Shown piece by piece: positions 14,467 to 20,000 of a DNA stretch of 20,000 bases (position 1 is its first letter; each line of letters begins with the position of its first letter). The position numbers and the translations under genes were made by a program. Origin of the DNA: an uncultured virus (IMG/VR IMGVR_UViG_3300029309_000017) (taxonomy: Duplodnaviria > Heunggongvirae > Uroviricota > Caudoviricetes > Crassvirales); the IMG/VR virus record IMGVR_UViG_3300029309_000017. The stretch is one strand, 5' to 3'. The notes under the pieces are model-generated. The model saw nothing but the letters and a program-made list of their open reading frames with translations. It searched no databases and had not been told where the DNA came from.

Positions 14467-14506
14467 CAACAGCCCTTATAATATAATTAGTAATAGGCAA
14501 ATGTCA
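14464..14506. promoter_or_regulatory. Inverted-repeat operator-like site TGACA-N33-TGTCA (copy B), overlapping the HTH gene start
   Basis: TGACA-ACA-GCC...GGC-AAA-TGTCA; the right half-site lies in ATGTCA of the 14501 gene. Confidence 0.6.
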
Positions 14507-15127
14507 TACGAAAGAAATATAAAATGGCTGAACGATAGACGAATAGTTTATAGGCATGATGGCAGTGATACACCTACTATTGAAACTGATAAGTACAAGT
14601 ATTATGAAGAAGGTACTTATGCATGTTATAGTTTATTTAATACTAAAGCAAAAATAACAACATACAAATCTTTAAAATGGCATTTCTTAGTTTTATATTA
14701 TTTAAATCAAGATATGCACGATGATAAAAATGCTTTACCATTTTTTCTATTATTTAAATTTATAGCTAATAAAGAAAATGGTTTTGTTACTTTCTTTATT
14801 AGTAACAAAAAACTAGAAGAAATAATAAGAGATGTATTAATTACAGGTGGCGATCCACCTAAAAACAAATTACGTAAAGTAATATTTAAAGATTACAGTA
14901 TGTTGACTCTTAATGAAAAACTAAGTATTGTAGGTAAATTAATTGGCAGATCGTCTAATGTAGACGCTGAAGCTATTTATGAATGCATGCTAGATTTAAA
15001 TGAGTCTAATAAAAAAATTACGTGGGCTAGGGTTGCTGGCTTGCTTAATTGTTCTGTTAGAACTATTTATAGAAACTTAGACAAACATTTAAAAAAAGAA
15101 AAACAAATATTAAATGAAGAAATATAA
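14501..15127 (+). CDS. DNA-binding protein with a C-terminal helix-turn-helix
   Basis: ITWARVAGLLNCSVRTIYRNL is a classic HTH signature. Confidence 0.8.
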   Translation: MSYERNIKWLNDRRIVYRHDGSDTPTIETDKYKYYEEGTYACYSLFNTKAKITTYKSLKWHFLVLYYLNQDMHDDKNALPFFLLFKFIANKENGFVTFFISNKKLEEIIRDVLITGGDPPKNKLRKVIFKDYSMLTLNEKLSIVGKLIGRSSNVDAEAIYECMLDLNESNKKITWARVAGLLNCSVRTIYRNLDKHLKKEKQILNEEI

Positions 15128-15860
15128 TATAAATAATTATATTAGGTATAAAGAAGATTTAAAATCTTCAATGCCTAGTGATAAACCTTATAATAATTAC
15201 ACTAGAGATGAAATGATTATAAAATTTTTACCTTTAGTAGAAACAATAGCTAGAAAATTTTCAACTAGCCAACAGGCATCAGGAGTTTTAACTATAATGG
15301 ATCTGCTACAAATAGGTGCTGAAGCATTAACTAGAGCTGTTGATAAACTTGAGTGGTCTAAGCTTGAAGAATCAGAAGACGTAGAGCAAACACTTAAATC
15401 TTTTTTCAGCAAAAGAATAAAAGGTCATATACGTAGACGTATAGATGTATGCAGAGGTGACATTAAAATACCAGAACATCAGCTTACTAAAATACGTAAA
15501 AACCCTGAAGATGAAAGAATGGTTGCAATGTTTTTTAATAGTATATTTTCAAGCATTGATCACAAACCAAGAGACGAAAATCCAATATATAATATTGAAG
15601 ATAAATCTAAACAATACAACATACATATATTAAATGCTTATCTTCTAGGATTAATGAAAGAACATTTAAGTTATGAACAGTACGAAGCTATAAGATTAAG
15701 CTATGGTTTAGATTGTGATAAACACTCTGCATCTCAGATAGCTGCAAAACTTGGCATGAAGATGAACACAGCTATAGTAAGAGTTTCACAAATAAAAAGA
15801 GATGGAATAAAAGCCTTAATTAAAAACGTTGACGCTTCGCAAGTGATTGATTATCTTTAA
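15114..15860 (+). CDS. Phage sigma70-family RNA polymerase sigma factor
   Basis: Region 2-like RDEMIIKFLPLVETIARKF...DLLQIG..AL..AVDK; region 4-like IRLSYGL...SQIAAKLG...RVSQIK. Confidence 0.85.
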   Translation: MKKYNINNYIRYKEDLKSSMPSDKPYNNYTRDEMIIKFLPLVETIARKFSTSQQASGVLTIMDLLQIGAEALTRAVDKLEWSKLEESEDVEQTLKSFFSKRIKGHIRRRIDVCRGDIKIPEHQLTKIRKNPEDERMVAMFFNSIFSSIDHKPRDENPIYNIEDKSKQYNIHILNAYLLGLMKEHLSYEQYEAIRLSYGLDCDKHSASQIAAKLGMKMNTAIVRVSQIKRDGIKALIKNVDASQVIDYL

Positions 15861-15869
15861 GTTAGGCGA

Positions 15870-15900
15870 TTAATTATTAACGTTTATATGTAATTATATA
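15870..15900 (+). promoter_or_regulatory. Candidate phage-sigma promoter upstream of the replication module
   Basis: TTAATTATTAACGTTTATATGTAATTATATA; same pattern as 6939-6969 on the minus strand. Confidence 0.45.
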
Positions 15901-15922
15901 TATAGACCAAATACCAAATATT

Positions 15923-16441
15923 ATGACTTTAAACAACAAGTTAGCAACAATTCAAACAAAATTTAAATCTAAAAAATCTAGATTTAATTCATTCGGCAAA
16001 TATTACTTTCGCAGCGCCGAAGACATTCTCGAAGCAACAAAACCCTATCTGTTAGAGTTAGGAGTTAGTGTAAGGATTGATGAGGAATTAATCAGCAACG
16101 ATCCTATGCCTATATTGCAAACTAAAGCTACAATTAGCGATGGCACCGATGCTATACACGCTACCGCTTTGGTTGGCGTTGACCTAAATCAAAAAGGTAT
16201 GCAAACACCACAACAGTTTGGTGCCGCGTCGAGTTATGGTAAAAAATACGCGTTAGGTAATTTGTTCTTGATTGATGATACTCAAGACAGCGATGCTACT
16301 AATACTCACGGTAAAGGTAATTTACAAGATATTGGTAAAGCAGTTAGTTATATAAAATCTGGTGGCACTATTGACGCTATCAAAAAAAAATATAAGCTTA
16401 CATCAGAGCAAGAACAAAAATTAAAAACTCTAAATGGATAA
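15923..16441 (+). CDS. ERF-family ssDNA annealing protein
   Basis: FNSFGKYYFRSAEDILEA.KP and Q..GAASSYGKKYAL..LF.IDD..D.D motifs. Confidence 0.88.
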   Translation: MTLNNKLATIQTKFKSKKSRFNSFGKYYFRSAEDILEATKPYLLELGVSVRIDEELISNDPMPILQTKATISDGTDAIHATALVGVDLNQKGMQTPQQFGAASSYGKKYALGNLFLIDDTQDSDATNTHGKGNLQDIGKAVSYIKSGGTIDAIKKKYKLTSEQEQKLKTLNG

Positions 16442-17159
16442 AGCAATAGAAAAGCTACGCGATGACGAGCATTACTATGGCGACTTCGGCAAGAAGTATC
16501 TAAGTAATTCTGACATTGGCACGCTACTTAAAAATCCTTTAGCTTTGGGCAAGCAGTTAGCACCGCGACCTGCGTTTCTAGTTGGTGGATATTTTCACAC
16601 AGCTATACTTGAGCCAGATAAACTGAACAAGTATAAAGTGATACAATCTACCACTAGAAACACTAAAGCATATAAAGAGATGTCAGGTGGAGAACTATGC
16701 TTATTACAGCATGAAGTAGATGAAATAGAATTATTAACTGACACTATGTTAGATAATAATATATGCAAAGGTCTTATTCGTGATGGTAATACAGAATACG
16801 AAACACCAGGTATTAAAAAGCTAGAAGGTGAAATGTGGAAAGGTAAAGCAGATATTATAAACCACAATGAAAAATTAGTAATTGATTTGAAAACTACTAA
16901 TGATATAGATAGATTCAAGTGGTCTGCATCTAAATACAACTACGATTCACAGGCTTACATTTATAGTGAACTATTTGGTTATGAAATGTTATTTATTGTA
17001 ATAGATAAAAACACTAAACAAATAGGATTATTTGACTGCTCACCAGAATTTTATGCAAAGGGTAAAGACAAAGTCCAACGGGCAGTGGAGGCTTATAAGT
17101 TATTTTATAAGCAAGAAGGTTTTGACCCAAAGCAATATTTTATTAATAAAACACTTTAA
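16434..17159 (+). CDS. PD-(D/E)XK exonuclease (RecE / exonuclease VIII-like)
   Basis: YLSNSDI, G.YFHTAILEP, KGKADI, IDLKTT, Y..QAYIY. Confidence 0.85.
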   Translation: MDKAIEKLRDDEHYYGDFGKKYLSNSDIGTLLKNPLALGKQLAPRPAFLVGGYFHTAILEPDKLNKYKVIQSTTRNTKAYKEMSGGELCLLQHEVDEIELLTDTMLDNNICKGLIRDGNTEYETPGIKKLEGEMWKGKADIINHNEKLVIDLKTTNDIDRFKWSASKYNYDSQAYIYSELFGYEMLFIVIDKNTKQIGLFDCSPEFYAKGKDKVQRAVEAYKLFYKQEGFDPKQYFINKTL

Positions 17160-17161
17160 TT

Positions 17162-17341
17162 ATGGCAAGAACCAGAAAGAACCAAACAAAAGTTTGTTCA
17201 GTTACAGGATTAGAAACTTCAATAAACAACTTTTATAAAAACCAAAACCATGTAAAAGCTGTAGATAATTTAAGAAGAACTACTAATGCTAATAAAGAGC
17301 AATTACAAAGAATGTTTAATCAGATAAATCAATACGCATAA
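17162..17341 (+). CDS. Hypothetical protein (59 aa)
   Basis: Manual: MARTRKNQTKVCSVTGLETSINNFYKNQNHVKAVDNLRRTTNANKEQLQRMFNQINQYA; fills the gap exactly. Confidence 0.65.
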   Translation: MARTRKNQTKVCSVTGLETSINNFYKNQNHVKAVDNLRRTTNANKEQLQRMFNQINQYA

Positions 17342-17342
17342 T

Positions 17343-17651
17343 ATGGCAAGTATAATAGCAACAAGTATAAACCTTAACAATATACCTAAAGATAAAATTA
17401 TTGAAGGTAAAAAAGGCAAATACTTACCTATTACTATTACATTAAATGATGAAACAGATCAGTTTGGTAATCAAGGACCTGTGGTTGTGCAACAATCAAA
17501 AGAGGAAAGAGATGCTAAAACAGAAAAAGTTTATTTAGGTAATGTAAAAGTAGTATGGACAAATGGCAGTAATGTAGAAGCTGCACCAAGACAAGACCAA
17601 ACTGCTAAAGCTGCACCAGCTGCAGCACCGGTAGACGATTTACCATTTTAA
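17343..17651 (+). CDS. Putative single-stranded DNA-binding protein
   Basis: Beta-rich core, Ala/Pro linker, acidic DDLPF tail; lies between recombination genes and the primase-helicase. Confidence 0.7.
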   Translation: MASIIATSINLNNIPKDKIIEGKKGKYLPITITLNDETDQFGNQGPVVVQQSKEERDAKTEKVYLGNVKVVWTNGSNVEAAPRQDQTAKAAPAAAPVDDLPF

Positions 17652-17661
17652 ATTAAATTAA

Positions 17662-19386
17662 ATGCAGACAGTAGAGATCAATGGATTTTTGATTGATGAG
17701 TTCAATCAACATAAGCTAGAAGAAGGGAAAAGGCAGGGTATATGTCCTCTTTGCTCGCACACTAGAAAACCCAAGAATCAAAAGGCAAAATGTGCGTCTT
17801 ATGATTGGGAACGGGGTCTCGGTACTTGTCACAATTGTAATACATCATTTCAACTACATACTTATCAGCGTAAAGGAGCTAGTGAAAAAGAATATGTAAG
17901 ACCTATTGACAAACAAGAGGATTATAATATAACTGGTGATCCAGAACAAAAAGTATTGAAATGGTTTAAAACAAGAGGTATATCGGCTCAGACTCTTATC
18001 GACTTACAAGTTGGTGAGGGTCTTGAGTATATGCCACAAACTGGCAAGCAAGAGAATACAATTAAGTTTAATTACTTTATGGGCGATCAACTTATTAATA
18101 TTAAGTATAGAGATGGTCGTAAAAACTTTAAGTTATATAAAGGCGCTGAAAAAGTATTTTATAATATAAATAGCATTGTAGGATATGACTATTGTATTAT
18201 AACTGAAGGTGAAATAGATGTGTTAGCGCTGCATGAGGCAGGTATACCAAATAGTATATCAGTTCCTAACGGAGCTACACTTAATAGTAATAATTTAGAT
18301 TATTTAGATAATTGTATAGATTACTTTGAAGATAAAGAGAAAGTAATATTAGCTGTTGATTCAGACGAAGCAGGTCAAGCTTTACAAGCAGAACTAGTTA
18401 GAAGACTTGGTGCTGAAGTTTGTTATTTAGCTTCATTTGATGACTGTAAAGATGCTAATGAATATTTAATAAAATATGGCAAAGAAAAACTGGTACAGCG
18501 TATATCTCAATCAAGACCAGTACCGCTTGAAAACGTTACAACGTTCAGAGACATTGAAGACGAGGTTACTGACTTCGTACGTAACGGTTTTAAAAGAGGT
18601 TATCAAGTTGGTTTGGAAAACTTTGATAACATTTTTAGCACGTATACCGGTCAGTTTATTACTGTTACTGGCATACCTAGCAGCGGTAAGTCTGATTTTG
18701 TTGATCAGATGGTTGTAGGTTATAATCAAAACTACGGCTGGAAGACTGCTTTTGCTTCACCAGAAAATGCTCCTACTTATCTACACGCTCATAAGTTAAT
18801 GCGTAAAACATGGCAGCACATGCCTACATCAGCTGATATTCATACAGATAAATGGAACCAAATAGCTAATCATGTAAATGATAACTACTTTTTTATTGAC
18901 ATGGATAAATATAGTCTTGAATCTGTATTGCGTAAAGGAGCTGAGCTTGTTAAGCGTAAAGGCATTAAATGCTTAGTAATTGACCCGTTTAATAAAATTA
19001 GAGATGTAGACTGTAAAAGTGAAGACGTTAATAGATATACAATGGAATATCTAACTAAAATAGAAATATTTGCTAAGAAATTTGATGTATTAGTTTTTAT
19101 AGTAGCTCACCCAACTAAAATGTATAAAGACAAAGATGGAAAAATTGAAGAACCGACTATGTATAATATCAAAGGCGGAGGCGAATGGTACGATGCGAGT
19201 TATCATGGCATTCTTGTACACCGCGATTATGATGCAAAAACTGTTAAGGCAAAAGTCCTTAAAGTTAAGTTTCAAAATCTCGGAGAGAACGGAGCTGAAG
19301 CTCATTTTAAATGGGAGCCTCGTTCAGGTTGCTTTATACCGTTTGAGCAATTAGAAATTAATAACGAACCAATGCCATGGGAATAA
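17662..19386 (+). CDS. Bifunctional primase-helicase (T7 gp4 / Twinkle-like)
   Basis: Zn finger CPLC...CHNC, TOPRIM EGEID and DSDEAG, Walker A GIPSSGKS, LVIDP, VAHP motifs. Confidence 0.93.
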   Translation: MQTVEINGFLIDEFNQHKLEEGKRQGICPLCSHTRKPKNQKAKCASYDWERGLGTCHNCNTSFQLHTYQRKGASEKEYVRPIDKQEDYNITGDPEQKVLKWFKTRGISAQTLIDLQVGEGLEYMPQTGKQENTIKFNYFMGDQLINIKYRDGRKNFKLYKGAEKVFYNINSIVGYDYCIITEGEIDVLALHEAGIPNSISVPNGATLNSNNLDYLDNCIDYFEDKEKVILAVDSDEAGQALQAELVRRLGAEVCYLASFDDCKDANEYLIKYGKEKLVQRISQSRPVPLENVTTFRDIEDEVTDFVRNGFKRGYQVGLENFDNIFSTYTGQFITVTGIPSSGKSDFVDQMVVGYNQNYGWKTAFASPENAPTYLHAHKLMRKTWQHMPTSADIHTDKWNQIANHVNDNYFFIDMDKYSLESVLRKGAELVKRKGIKCLVIDPFNKIRDVDCKSEDVNRYTMEYLTKIEIFAKKFDVLVFIVAHPTKMYKDKDGKIEEPTMYNIKGGGEWYDASYHGILVHRDYDAKTVKAKVLKVKFQNLGENGAEAHFKWEPRSGCFIPFEQLEINNEPMPWE

Positions 19387-19632
19387 ATGCCAAGAGTAAA
19401 GAAACAAACAATGGGAAGTTATTTGCCTACATCGGAAGAGCTAACAGCATATCAGTGGTGTATAAACAACGGAATATATATTTCCCCGTTTGCAACTGGA
19501 GACGCGACATGGTACTTAGACATAGAGATTAACAAAAGAACTAATAGATCACCATCTACATATGGTAAAGATACTATATGGATTAAGATGTATGAATTTT
19601 ATAAATATTATTACGATAAATATGCTAAATAG
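19387..19632 (+). CDS. Hypothetical phage protein
   Basis: 81-aa ORF directly after the primase-helicase. Confidence 0.75.
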   Translation: MPRVKKQTMGSYLPTSEELTAYQWCINNGIYISPFATGDATWYLDIEINKRTNRSPSTYGKDTIWIKMYEFYKYYYDKYAK

Positions 19633-20000
19633 TTATAACAACGCAAACGAAGCTTATGAAGCATTATTAGATGAAGTCATTTTACATGGCATAGACTTTG
19701 ATAATACTAAAGCTTTATTTAATTGTGGGTTTTATATACGTAACCCTTTGGATAATCATATAACCAATAAACAACGTGATTGGAAACTAGAGTATGCTGA
19801 AGCTGAATGGCAATGGTATTTATCTGGTGATCCTAGTATTGACAAGCTTGGTGACATATATGGTAAAATACCACCAATATGGGAGCGTATGGCTGATCAC
19901 GAACGTAAAGTTAATAGTAATTACGGTTACCAATGGAAACGTAATTGTCAAATAGATTATGTTTGTGCTAAGTTAAAAACAAACCCTAACACTAGACACG
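19622..20000 (+). CDS. Thymidylate-synthase-family protein, T4 gp42 dCMP hydroxymethylase-like (partial)
   Basis: Not in track. Manual: MLNSYNNANEAY...YAEAEWQWYLSG...PPIWERMADHERKVNSNYGYQW...QIDYVCAKLKTNPNTRH, open to the window end. Confidence 0.8.
   Translation, partial: MLNSYNNANEAYEALLDEVILHGIDFDNTKALFNCGFYIRNPLDNHITNKQRDWKLEYAEAEWQWYLSGDPSIDKLGDIYGKIPPIWERMADHERKVNSNYGYQWKRNCQIDYVCAKLKTNPNTRH

Noticed and set aside
17303..17336. Possible eighth promoter copy (TTACAAA...CAGATAA...AATACG)
   Set aside because: Block order and spacing do not fit the consensus; likewise TTACAAAA near 8635 lacks the other blocks.
14103..19354. Nested or antisense ORFs (14103, 15197, 15445, 16595, 17032, 18476, 18511, 19090, 19136)
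   Set aside because: They overlap well-supported genes and carry no recognisable motifs.

Overview
AT-rich, gene-dense fragment of a lytic dsDNA tailed phage. The host is probably marine Bacteroidota (inference from A/T-rich leaders without Shine-Dalgarno sites and an SSB-like protein ending in DDLPF). Two arms diverge from a non-coding junction at about 6935-7460. The left arm (minus strand, probably late/morphogenesis) carries groEL then groES, small beta-rich proteins, and six consecutive mostly Lys-rich genes sharing an S-P-(A/V/I/F)-K motif. The right arm (plus strand) starts with small early genes punctuated by 7 copies of a tripartite promoter-like motif, TACAAA-N3-AATACG-N9-RGATAAT. 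It also holds a tRNA-Met(CAT), two tRNA-like RNAs with the G3-U70/A73 alanine identity (one looks like a stand-alone tmRNA tRNA-like domain with no mRNA part) and a roughly 500-nt structured non-coding block. Downstream are an ATP-dependent ligase, a DenV-like glycosylase, a 3D-domain protein, an HTH protein, a sigma70-like factor, ERF, a PD-(D/E)XK exonuclease, SSB, a T7 gp4/Twinkle-type primase-helicase and a partial gp42-like thymidylate-synthase-family gene. All calls come from reading motifs by eye; no database searches or folding programs were run.
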